Shown here one piece after another: positions 46,423 to 55,531 of a stretch of 64,000 nt of DNA (position 1 is the first letter of the stretch; each line of letters begins with the position of its first letter). This stretch comes from an uncultured Clostridia bacterium (GTDB lineage: Bacteria; Bacillota; Clostridia; TANB77; CAG-508). Below the pieces are notes generated by a model. It saw only the letters and a program-made list of their open reading frames with translations. It was not told where the DNA came from and did not search any database. The DNA lies in NCBI GenBank assembly GCA_944393135.1, contig CALXZC010000001.1, forward strand, positions 9,501-73,500. The letters are read 5' to 3'. The translations under genes were made by a program, and so were the position numbers.

Positions 46423-46878
46423 ATGAGTAAATTAGTTAATTTTAAACAAATAGATAGTAATTCAGTTTTACAACATTTATTTTTAGAAGGAACTAAAAAA
46501 ATCCCGTTAATTATAAATGTGGATGATAGAGTTGAAGATATACCACAATGTCACATATATTATAAAATTGAAGAACACGAAGAAGAAAATGTGTATAATG
46601 TTTATGATATTAGATGTAGTGTACGCGGAGATTATGTAGTACTAGAAGAAGACGATTTTCGTTTTATAACAGATGATGAAAATATGTTTATACAACATTG
46701 TATAGGAGTATTTACAGATTTTTATTACGACAATATAAAGGAAGAAGATGCAACACAAGCCAGCGCTTTTGGTGGTAGAGTATCCTTGTTTGGAGATAAA
46801 GATGATGTAAATTTTAATTATAATGATTGGTATAATCAGTTATTTGAGTTTAAAGACGAAAATGAAGAAACTAATTAA
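46423..46878 (+). CDS. acidic hypothetical protein
   Basis: 151-aa ORF, RBS TAAGGAGG. Confidence 0.5.
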   Translation: MSKLVNFKQIDSNSVLQHLFLEGTKKIPLIINVDDRVEDIPQCHIYYKIEEHEEENVYNVYDIRCSVRGDYVVLEEDDFRFITDDENMFIQHCIGVFTDFYYDNIKEEDATQASAFGGRVSLFGDKDDVNFNYNDWYNQLFEFKDENEETN

Positions 46879-46936
46879 AAGTAATATTTTAAGTTTGTAA
46901 GGTGTTATAATAATATATTATAGGAGGTAATATATT

Positions 46937-48706
46937 ATGATAACAATAGAGTTTGGAGCAGCTGAGAATCAAACATTAGATAGAAATAGTTTATTTATTA
47001 GATTTATGGGGAATGATTTTAGAGAAAATTTAGATAAAATAAAGTCATTTTGGAATAGAACATATTTAAAACAAACTTATGAGTGGGAAGTTCCATTTAG
47101 TTGTTGGGGTGAAATTAAGGAGTTATACAAAGATACAGAAATTAAATACCTTAATGAACCCCCAAAAGCTAAACAAGTTACAGACAATGATATTTTAGAA
47201 GGTTTAGATTTTAATGGTTATAATTTATATGATTACCAATTAGACGGTGTTAAGTATGGATTAAACCATTATAATTTTTTACTACTTGATGAACAAGGTT
47301 TAGGAAAAACACTACAACTTATTTCTTTAGCTAGATATAAAAAAGAACATAGAGGATTAAAACACTGTTTAATAATATGTGGTATAAATTCTTTAAAATG
47401 GAATTGGGTTAAGGAAATACATAAGTTTTGTAAAAATGAGGATGCTGTTGTTTTAGGTACAAAAGTTAATACAAAAGGAAAAGTTGTACCAATTACAGTA
47501 GAAGAAACAAAACAACAAATAGATAGTTGTCCTGAACAATTTTTTTGGATAATAAATATAGAGAGAATAAGATTAAATAAGGAAGACGAAAAAAATAAAA
47601 CAGGTATTGTACATCATTTAAATAAACAAATAGAACAAAATAATTTGGGAATGATAGCAATTGATGAATGTCATAAAGTAAAATCTATAACATCATCACA
47701 GTCAAAAGGGATTCTTGCCTTAGATAATAAAGCTAGTAAAGTTGGAATGACTGGTACATTACTTGTAAATAATCCATATGATTTATATTGTCCAATGAGT
47801 TTTATAGGATTAATAAATTATAATAAATGGTTATTTGAAAGAAAATTTGTTATTAAAGATGAATGGCATAATATAATAGGTTATCAAAATATGGAAGAAT
47901 TACATAATATATTATATAAAAGTAGTATTAGAAGAACAAAAGATTTATTAGATTTACCGGAAAAAATGTATAAACAAGAATGGCTAGAATTTAGTAAAGA
48001 AGAACAAAGTGTATTTAATCAAGTGATAGGACAAGAAGAATTTAAATTAGATAAAATAGATGAACCTTTAGAAATAATGGCTATAATAACTAGAATGAGA
48101 CAGGCAACAGTAGCAAGTGAATTATTAACAACAAAATGTACTAAGAGTACAAAATTTGATAGATTAAAAGATATACTTGAAGAAGCTAAAAATAATAATG
48201 AAAAAGTATTAGTATTTTGTCCATTTACACAAGCCTTAGAGTTAGGTTTAAATTATTGTAAAGAGTATAGTCCTAAAATAGTAAAAGGTGGAATGGGACA
48301 AGGTGTACAACAAGTAGTTGATGAACACGAAAGTACAGAAGGTTTTTCAGTACTGTTTGCACAAGAAGCTACACTTGGTGTAGGATACACATTAACCAAT
48401 ACAAGTATAGTTGTATTTTTAAGTCCACCTTGGAGTAGAGCCACATATGACCAGTGTTGTGATAGATGTCATAGAATTGGACAAAAGAAAACTGTACAAA
48501 TAATAGATTTATTAATACAAGATACTTATGATGAAATGATATACAAAAAGTTACACGGAAAAGGTGCAATGTCTGATGTATTAATAGATGGAGCCGAAAT
48601 GGATTCTGTAAAACAATATTTCACAGATATGGGTATAGAATTTAAAAAACAAAGTATAGAAAAAGAAAAAGATGTTAAAACTTTATTAGATGGACTTATA
48701 GAGTAA
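46937..48706 (+). CDS. SNF2-family helicase/ATPase
   Basis: Motif I LLLDEQGLGKTLQ, motif II IAIDECHKVK, C-terminal helicase motifs including QCCDRCHRIGQKKTVQI. Confidence 0.85.
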   Translation: MITIEFGAAENQTLDRNSLFIRFMGNDFRENLDKIKSFWNRTYLKQTYEWEVPFSCWGEIKELYKDTEIKYLNEPPKAKQVTDNDILEGLDFNGYNLYDYQLDGVKYGLNHYNFLLLDEQGLGKTLQLISLARYKKEHRGLKHCLIICGINSLKWNWVKEIHKFCKNEDAVVLGTKVNTKGKVVPITVEETKQQIDSCPEQFFWIINIERIRLNKEDEKNKTGIVHHLNKQIEQNNLGMIAIDECHKVKSITSSQSKGILALDNKASKVGMTGTLLVNNPYDLYCPMSFIGLINYNKWLFERKFVIKDEWHNIIGYQNMEELHNILYKSSIRRTKDLLDLPEKMYKQEWLEFSKEEQSVFNQVIGQEEFKLDKIDEPLEIMAIITRMRQATVASELLTTKCTKSTKFDRLKDILEEAKNNNEKVLVFCPFTQALELGLNYCKEYSPKIVKGGMGQGVQQVVDEHESTEGFSVLFAQEATLGVGYTLTNTSIVVFLSPPWSRATYDQCCDRCHRIGQKKTVQIIDLLIQDTYDEMIYKKLHGKGAMSDVLIDGAEMDSVKQYFTDMGIEFKKQSIEKEKDVKTLLDGLIE

Positions 48707-48749
48707 AATATTAGTAGAGTAATAAATAAAATAAAAGGAGAGTATAGTT

Positions 48750-50708
48750 ATGAATAATACAATTAATGAAGAAAAAACACAAAATAATATTAATAGTGGT
48801 TCTTTAGAAAATGCTATTAATATGGTAGACAATGTGTATAATCAACTTATGGATGCTTTAGAATTAAGACAACAAGATACATCTAGTCCAACATCACTAA
48901 TATCCACATCACAGTTAAATAAAATTACAGATTATTTAGGAACAAGTTTAGATATCTTAAAAGAATTAGATACTAAGGGTGTTTTTGTAACAGATAAGAA
49001 AAAACAAACAGAAGGTTTAGAATCAGAATATGCTGTTAATGTATTTAAAAATGGAACAAGTGTAAATTATGTAGAATTTGACGATTTAGGTGAAGCTGAG
49101 GAATATGCAGAGCAAATGTCAAAAGAAGGAAAAGAAGCACGTATAGAAAATACATTTAGTAAAGAAACTATTGAAGTATACGGTAATGAAGAAAATAATT
49201 TAACAGAAGCAAAAACAGGTGTTGATAGTGCTGTAGAAACTATTATGTCGTTACATAAAGACGGCAATGAGGAAGAATTAGATGAACAATGGTTAAATGA
49301 TGACATACAATTAACAATACAAAATACAGAAGAGTTAGCAAATGCTGTTAATAATACAAGACGTCCAGCACATTCTGTAGCATATCAAGGATTATTACAA
49401 GCCTTAAATAATAGAAGTGATGTTACATTAACAGGAAATCAAATACAATCAGCTTTCAAAAAATTAGGATTAGACTTTAAACAAGTAATAAAACCAACAG
49501 TAGATTGGATAGAAGAAGAAAGAAAAGATAATAAAGAAGAATCTAAAAAAGTTGAAAGTGAAGAGTTAACACCAGAAACAATAAGTACGGATAGTGTAGA
49601 AACACCTGATGTAAATAATATTGTAAATCCAAATGATGAAGGTTACTATGAAAATAATTATACTGTAAATGTAGTTCCAGGTACAGAAATGTCTTCAAAA
49701 CAATACGATGTTTTTGCAAATAATGAAGAACAAGCACTTGCAATATTGTGTGCCTTTTTAGAACAAGAATGTCCAGATTGTTTAATAAATTGTGAGGATG
49801 TAACACCAGAGGAAACAAATCTAATATATGTAGATGGAACAGAATATGGTGCAACAAAACCTTATTATATAAATATACAAGAATCTGTTAGCCCTTTAAC
49901 AGAAGGTTTAGAAGATACAAACGATTTATCAGACGAGGTATATGAGATAGCAGAATATATGTATGACGAATCTGAACAAGATTTAGATTACATACCAGAT
50001 ATTGAAGACATACAAGATACAATTAATGAAGAATGTAACGAAGATATGTATAATAAAGCTGTAAATATTGTAAAAAATATAATTGAAAGTATCGAATATT
50101 ATGAAGATACTCGTAATAAATATATACAACTAAGTGATAATCATACAATGTATGAATTAAACAGTGATGTTGAAATAACTTTTGACCAATATTCTTCATT
50201 AGTGGAAACATTTTTACAACGTTTACAAGATGAAATTAATGTTACAGTTTATGCTTTAGGAAGAAGTGGTAGACATATTTGTATAGATAATACGTTTGAT
50301 AACGCTTTAAATTACAATAAATATGTTGAAGCACAATCTAAATACGAACAAGAAATGATAAATTATATTAATGAAAATTTTGGCAGTAAGACAGAGAGTA
50401 AAGAATTAACAGAAGCAGATGAAGTGGAGGAAGAACAACCAGAGGAAGAAACACTATTAGATGCTTTACAAAATAGAATAGGACAATCAATAAGTGTAGG
50501 AGAGTTAAATACTTTATTGCAAAATTTATTTGGACAATATGATAAGATATTTTTAACAATAAGTGAGTTGTATGATATAGAAGATTGGGACGAACCACAA
50601 GAGTTAATAATAGAGGACGACAGAGATATGTATATAATTACATATACAGTAAATATGAACGATATAGAAAATCCATTAATTGAAATAACAGATGTAGAAC
50701 TTGAGTAG
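48750..50708 (+). CDS. large acidic hypothetical protein
   Basis: 652-aa ORF, RBS AAAGGAG. Confidence 0.55.
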   Translation: MNNTINEEKTQNNINSGSLENAINMVDNVYNQLMDALELRQQDTSSPTSLISTSQLNKITDYLGTSLDILKELDTKGVFVTDKKKQTEGLESEYAVNVFKNGTSVNYVEFDDLGEAEEYAEQMSKEGKEARIENTFSKETIEVYGNEENNLTEAKTGVDSAVETIMSLHKDGNEEELDEQWLNDDIQLTIQNTEELANAVNNTRRPAHSVAYQGLLQALNNRSDVTLTGNQIQSAFKKLGLDFKQVIKPTVDWIEEERKDNKEESKKVESEELTPETISTDSVETPDVNNIVNPNDEGYYENNYTVNVVPGTEMSSKQYDVFANNEEQALAILCAFLEQECPDCLINCEDVTPEETNLIYVDGTEYGATKPYYINIQESVSPLTEGLEDTNDLSDEVYEIAEYMYDESEQDLDYIPDIEDIQDTINEECNEDMYNKAVNIVKNIIESIEYYEDTRNKYIQLSDNHTMYELNSDVEITFDQYSSLVETFLQRLQDEINVTVYALGRSGRHICIDNTFDNALNYNKYVEAQSKYEQEMINYINENFGSKTESKELTEADEVEEEQPEEETLLDALQNRIGQSISVGELNTLLQNLFGQYDKIFLTISELYDIEDWDEPQELIIEDDRDMYIITYTVNMNDIENPLIEITDVELE

Positions 50709-50724
50709 GTAGGTTGATATAAAA

Positions 50725-51021
50725 ATGAGGTATGTAATAAATTTAAAACCAAAACAACAAATAGAATCATTAAGTGATTTAGAAAATAAAATAAAAAACG
50801 CTAGAAATAGTAACGAGTATGTGCAAGTTAATTTTGGACGAAAAGGTGAATTTATTAAATTAGCATTTTGTAAGGATATGACATATTGTATTGGGTTTAA
50901 TTTTTGGAATATGGAATTTCAAGTTAAAACAAATGTAATGTTAAAACAATATCCTAAGTCAGTACCTGCCAAATTATCTTCGTGGATGTTTGATTGGGTA
51001 AATAAATTAAATAGAATGTAA
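50725..51021 (+). CDS. hypothetical protein
   Basis: 98-aa ORF. Confidence 0.45.
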   Translation: MRYVINLKPKQQIESLSDLENKIKNARNSNEYVQVNFGRKGEFIKLAFCKDMTYCIGFNFWNMEFQVKTNVMLKQYPKSVPAKLSSWMFDWVNKLNRM

Positions 51022-51025
51022 GTTA

Positions 51026-51066
51026 AAATTACAAGTAACTTAGTTTGTTACTTGTAATTTTTTTTA
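51026..51066 (+). terminator. intrinsic terminator
   Basis: 14-bp stem AAATTACAAGTAAC / GTTACTTGTAATTT followed by a T-run. Confidence 0.8.
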
Positions 51067-51119
51067 ATATCTAAGTAAAATATTATTGATACAAAATATG
51101 AAAGGTGTGAGTATATTTA

Positions 51120-52457
51120 ATGGATAAGGAACAAGTAGATAGTATAGTAGAAAATATACATCAAATTCAACAACAACAAATCATAGATACATTAAAAGCT
51201 AAAGATATATGGTTTACAACAAAACAAGACCCAACATATATGGAACCATCTAGTTATTATGAATTAGATGAATATGGATGTCCAACAGAAAAATCCTTAC
51301 AACAAATAGAAAAGGATTGTGAAGATTTTGTAGGAGAAGGTGCTATTGATTTTAATGAAGCAATAGATATGTGGATAGAAAAATGTTTAGCAGAAGGAAA
51401 AATAGCTTATAAGGACTATTTAGTAACAAAATTTAAAGATAAACCAGTAGTGGATGAAATACAAGCTTATAATGTAAAAACAGAGAATAAAAAGATAGTA
51501 GAATCTTTTACAAAAGAACAAGCACAAGAATATACTAATAAAATAACTAGTATAGTTATAAGTAATTTAAAAAGTATACCTGGAATCAATTACGGTACAA
51601 AACCTACTTCAGCAAAATTACTTAATAGTAGAAAGGTTATACAAATAAAATATAGTATTACTAGTAAACAAAGAACAGTCGAAATTACAAATAATTTATT
51701 AGATATATGTGATACAATAAAAGAACAAATCGAAGCACAGGATTTTAGATTAGATAGTGTTAGTGTAACAATAGAAACAAACGAACAAGATACAGTATAT
51801 TTAACTATAGAATTAACACGTTTTAAAGAAGATGTAGAAGTAGCAGATTACACGATAGAGAATAAAAGTTTAAACGAAAGTGAATTTGCTAATGAAGATT
51901 TATTAAATGATTTTACACAATATGTAGCAAATAATGCTAAAGAAATAAATAACGGTGTATACGAAGTAGATGTACCACAATCTTTAGGATACGATAAAAT
52001 ATTAAACAAAGATATGTTAAAGAAAGCTTATATGAAAGTAAAACAATTATTACATTTAGATAATGGAGATACACAAATAGTATTCGAAAGTAAAGAATTA
52101 AAAACAGAAAATTATAAAACAAGATTAAAAGAAGAAAATACAAAAAGTTTAAATTTAATTAGTCAAATGTTTCAAGATGACGATTTTGATGCAAACAGTA
52201 ATGAAGGTAAAATAGTTGTTAAAACATCAACATTATTTAATACATTATCTGATAAAGGATATGATGTACAAGTTGCATTTGATAATGGAGATAGTCAAAG
52301 TACAATATTGTTAGGACAACAAGGTGGAAGTGTAAATATTACAATAACTGATGCAACTAAACCATTACAAGCATTTACATCAGGAAGTATAGAATTAAAT
52401 AATGATAATTTAAAAGTTTTACAAGATATAGTAGAAACTATACAAGATGTTAGATAA
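51120..52457 (+). CDS. hypothetical protein
   Basis: 445-aa ORF, RBS AAAGGTG. Confidence 0.55.
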   Translation: MDKEQVDSIVENIHQIQQQQIIDTLKAKDIWFTTKQDPTYMEPSSYYELDEYGCPTEKSLQQIEKDCEDFVGEGAIDFNEAIDMWIEKCLAEGKIAYKDYLVTKFKDKPVVDEIQAYNVKTENKKIVESFTKEQAQEYTNKITSIVISNLKSIPGINYGTKPTSAKLLNSRKVIQIKYSITSKQRTVEITNNLLDICDTIKEQIEAQDFRLDSVSVTIETNEQDTVYLTIELTRFKEDVEVADYTIENKSLNESEFANEDLLNDFTQYVANNAKEINNGVYEVDVPQSLGYDKILNKDMLKKAYMKVKQLLHLDNGDTQIVFESKELKTENYKTRLKEENTKSLNLISQMFQDDDFDANSNEGKIVVKTSTLFNTLSDKGYDVQVAFDNGDSQSTILLGQQGGSVNITITDATKPLQAFTSGSIELNNDNLKVLQDIVETIQDVR

Positions 52458-52471
52458 GGAGGAAATTAATT

Positions 52472-53971
52472 ATGAATTTAGAAGAAGCTACAATTAAAGC
52501 CTTACAAGAAACAACTGTAAAAGATATGTATAATCAATTAGATAATACAAAAGATATAAATAATGTAGAAGGTTTAGTTGATGATATATTAGTTGTAACA
52601 GACCCAGAAGTAACAAGTGAGGAATATGACGAAGTTATAGATAGAGCACAAGAAATAATTGAAGATACTCCAGAAGGAGAGATTCCATTTGATTCTAATT
52701 ATGTAGGACAATATTTATTAACTTGTCCAATATGTGGTACTACATTTACAAGTGAAACAATGTTAGAACCAGGAGCTACTTGTCCAGCTTGTATGGAAGT
52801 TCCAGAAGCTTTTGTTGTAAAAGGACAAGTACAAACAGATGAGGATGTTGCAATTGATAATGGATTACAAGTAGATGAGGACCAAGCAACAGAAGAGGAA
52901 GTACAACCACAATCAGATATAACTACTGATGAAGGTACAGATATGGACACAGATATAGAAGATGAAGATAACGAAGAAGAATCTGAAAGACAAGTAGCAT
53001 CCAAAGAAGTACCTCAAGGAAATAAATTACAAGAAACTAAGGAAGAGGATAAAACTATAAAAACTGAAGACACATACGAAGAAGGAATATTTTATGAAAT
53101 AGAAGAAGCATTAAGGGAAGCTGGATTGAATCCTGTAAGATTTACAGAGGATGGTGTTATGACAAATAATTTAGGTTGGACTGTAACAGGGGAAGATGGT
53201 ACTCAGCAACAAATTACTTGTGATGGTTCATATTTAACAGAAAGTAAATCAGAGGAAGTTACAGTAGGAAACATAAAACAAAAGGCACAAGAATTGTTAC
53301 CAACAGAAGACATAAAAACACACGAAGGTGATTTATATTTAAAAGTATCTGATAAATCTACAGAGCTTGTAAGTAAACTAAAAGATAAAGAAAGTGGTTT
53401 ATTAAAAACATTTAAAAGTGAAAAAGATAATAGTATGTGGTATGATATACCTTTTGCTAATATGGAAGATGATTATAAATTAAAAAACAATTTAAATGAG
53501 TGTGAAATAGATAATGATTTTAATGATTATTACGAATCTAAAAATGTAAAAACAGAGGATAACAATAATGATAGATTACCAGTAGAAGGTGATAATATAG
53601 AAGTAATAGTAACAGAAAATTCTGTAGGATATTTATTAAGAGGTTTAATTATAGATAAAAATAATAAACAATTTCAATATGTACAAGGACAAACATTACC
53701 ATTAGGAAAATATAAAAGAGTATCTAAAAATACAATGAGAAATACTATTAAACAATTACAAGACGAAGACTATACAGAATATAAAGGCAAAGATAGTATA
53801 TCTTTAGAAGAAAATGTTCCAGTTGCTAAATTTGAAAGATACCAAGTAAGAAAATTTGTAGAGGATAATAATACAAAATATGGTATTTATGATTTAGTTG
53901 AAAAGAAGTATGTTGAAACTAATGATTCATATAACATAATTAAAGAATCATATAACAACTTTAATAAATAA
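52472..53971 (+). CDS. hypothetical protein with zinc-ribbon and acidic linker
   Basis: CPICG...CPAC; D/E-rich central tract; RBS TAAGGAGG. Confidence 0.55.
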   Translation: MNLEEATIKALQETTVKDMYNQLDNTKDINNVEGLVDDILVVTDPEVTSEEYDEVIDRAQEIIEDTPEGEIPFDSNYVGQYLLTCPICGTTFTSETMLEPGATCPACMEVPEAFVVKGQVQTDEDVAIDNGLQVDEDQATEEEVQPQSDITTDEGTDMDTDIEDEDNEEESERQVASKEVPQGNKLQETKEEDKTIKTEDTYEEGIFYEIEEALREAGLNPVRFTEDGVMTNNLGWTVTGEDGTQQQITCDGSYLTESKSEEVTVGNIKQKAQELLPTEDIKTHEGDLYLKVSDKSTELVSKLKDKESGLLKTFKSEKDNSMWYDIPFANMEDDYKLKNNLNECEIDNDFNDYYESKNVKTEDNNNDRLPVEGDNIEVIVTENSVGYLLRGLIIDKNNKQFQYVQGQTLPLGKYKRVSKNTMRNTIKQLQDEDYTEYKGKDSISLEENVPVAKFERYQVRKFVEDNNTKYGIYDLVEKKYVETNDSYNIIKESYNNFNK

Positions 53972-54066
53972 AAATATGTAAATAGGTGTTATAATAAATG
54001 TATATAACACTTATTTTTTATGATTATTTTAACTTTATAAATTTTTAAAAATATTTATTAAAACAC

Positions 54067-54095
54067 TTTACAAAAATTAAAAAATATATTATAAT
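54067..54095 (+). promoter_or_regulatory. sigma-70-type promoter (family 1)
   Basis: CACTTTACAAAAATTAAAAAATATATTATAAT = TTTACA, 17-nt spacer, TATAAT. Confidence 0.7.
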
Positions 54096-54112
54096 ATGAA
54101 GGAGAAAGTAAT

Positions 54113-55012
54113 ATGAGTATTATTTTAATGGATGGTAAAAAAGTTTCACAAGAATTTTTACAAACACAAAAACATATAGATAATACATTAAGACCACCCT
54201 GTTTATGTATAATTACAGTTGGAAATGATATGGCGTCTAAGGTTTATATAAGAAATAAAATAAAAGCCTGTCAACAGTGTAATATAAATGTTATTCAGTC
54301 ACAATTTGATATAAATGTAACATATAGAACATTAGAGTTTTATATTAAAGAGTTAAATTCTAGTCCAAATGTAGATGGAATTATAATACAACAACCATTA
54401 CCGAAACAATTAAAAGGAATAGAACAATTAGTATTACCTGAAAAAGATGTAGATGGTTTTACAAATCAAAATTTAGGATATACATTAACAAATCAAAGTC
54501 AAGGATTACAGGCTTGTACATCACGAGGAATAATGTATCTACTAAAATATTACAATGTTCCATTAGAAGGAAAAACAGTTGTAATAATAGGTAGAAGTAA
54601 TATTGTAGGAAAACCTTTAATAGGATTATTATTACAAGAAAATGCAACAGTAATAAGTTGTAATTCATATACAGAATATTTATCAGAAGATACAGAACTC
54701 GCAGATGTGTTAATAACAGCCATAGGAAAACCTAAAATAATTGATATGTGTTATATAACAGATAGATGTTATTGTATAGTGGATGTGGGTATGAATAAAG
54801 ATGAAAATGGTAAAATTTGTGGAGATGTAAATTATAACCAAATTGTTAATGTTTGGAAATGTTGGCAAGAATTGTATAATGCACAAAGATTTATTACTCC
54901 AGTTCCTGGAGGAGTTGGACCAATGACTGTTGCAATGTTAATACATAATGTTAATTTAGCTTATCACAAAAATATAGAAAAACAATTACGTATAAAAACG
55001 GAGGAAGTATAA
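54113..55012 (+). CDS. folD: bifunctional methylene-THF dehydrogenase / methenyl-THF cyclohydrolase
   Basis: VGNDMASKVYIRNK, DGIIIQQPLP, VDGF, GRSNIVGKPL and PVPGGVGPMTVAML motifs. Confidence 0.9.
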   Translation: MSIILMDGKKVSQEFLQTQKHIDNTLRPPCLCIITVGNDMASKVYIRNKIKACQQCNINVIQSQFDINVTYRTLEFYIKELNSSPNVDGIIIQQPLPKQLKGIEQLVLPEKDVDGFTNQNLGYTLTNQSQGLQACTSRGIMYLLKYYNVPLEGKTVVIIGRSNIVGKPLIGLLLQENATVISCNSYTEYLSEDTELADVLITAIGKPKIIDMCYITDRCYCIVDVGMNKDENGKICGDVNYNQIVNVWKCWQELYNAQRFITPVPGGVGPMTVAMLIHNVNLAYHKNIEKQLRIKTEEV

Positions 55013-55016
55013 AGTA

Positions 55017-55484
55017 ATGGAAGCATTTAAAAGTTTATTAGATAGAAACGAAATAAGAAGACTTGAAAAAGCAGCACGTGAAAAAAATAAAAAACATTTA
55101 GTAGAATGGGCTATACAATTTGAACAGTCTATACATAAAATGTTGGATAAAGAACACGAACAAGAAACACAAATTAGTATGGATATTGTAATGATAGCTG
55201 TTGCTTATACTTTATATTTTAGTGAAGAAACAGTAATAAAAGATAAAAAAGATATAAGTGAATTTATGGCTGATTTATTTGTAACAATAGATTTATATAG
55301 AACAGGTGAATATAAACCACAGGAATATGAAGATATACTTAAAAGTGTTGGAGTTATTATAGATTCATATAATTATAGTAAACCTTATAAAGATAAAATA
55401 GCTAAGTTAGATACTTTAATAAAACAATACGAAGATTTAATACAACAAAAAAGTAGGTCTAATTTAAATAACAATCAAGAATAA
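55017..55484 (+). CDS. hypothetical protein
   Basis: 155-aa ORF, RBS ACGGAGG. Confidence 0.5.
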   Translation: MEAFKSLLDRNEIRRLEKAAREKNKKHLVEWAIQFEQSIHKMLDKEHEQETQISMDIVMIAVAYTLYFSEETVIKDKKDISEFMADLFVTIDLYRTGEYKPQEYEDILKSVGVIIDSYNYSKPYKDKIAKLDTLIKQYEDLIQQKSRSNLNNNQE

Positions 55485-55531
55485 ACCGTTTTTATATAAG
55501 ATTAATATTTTTTATAGGAGGATAAAATTTA

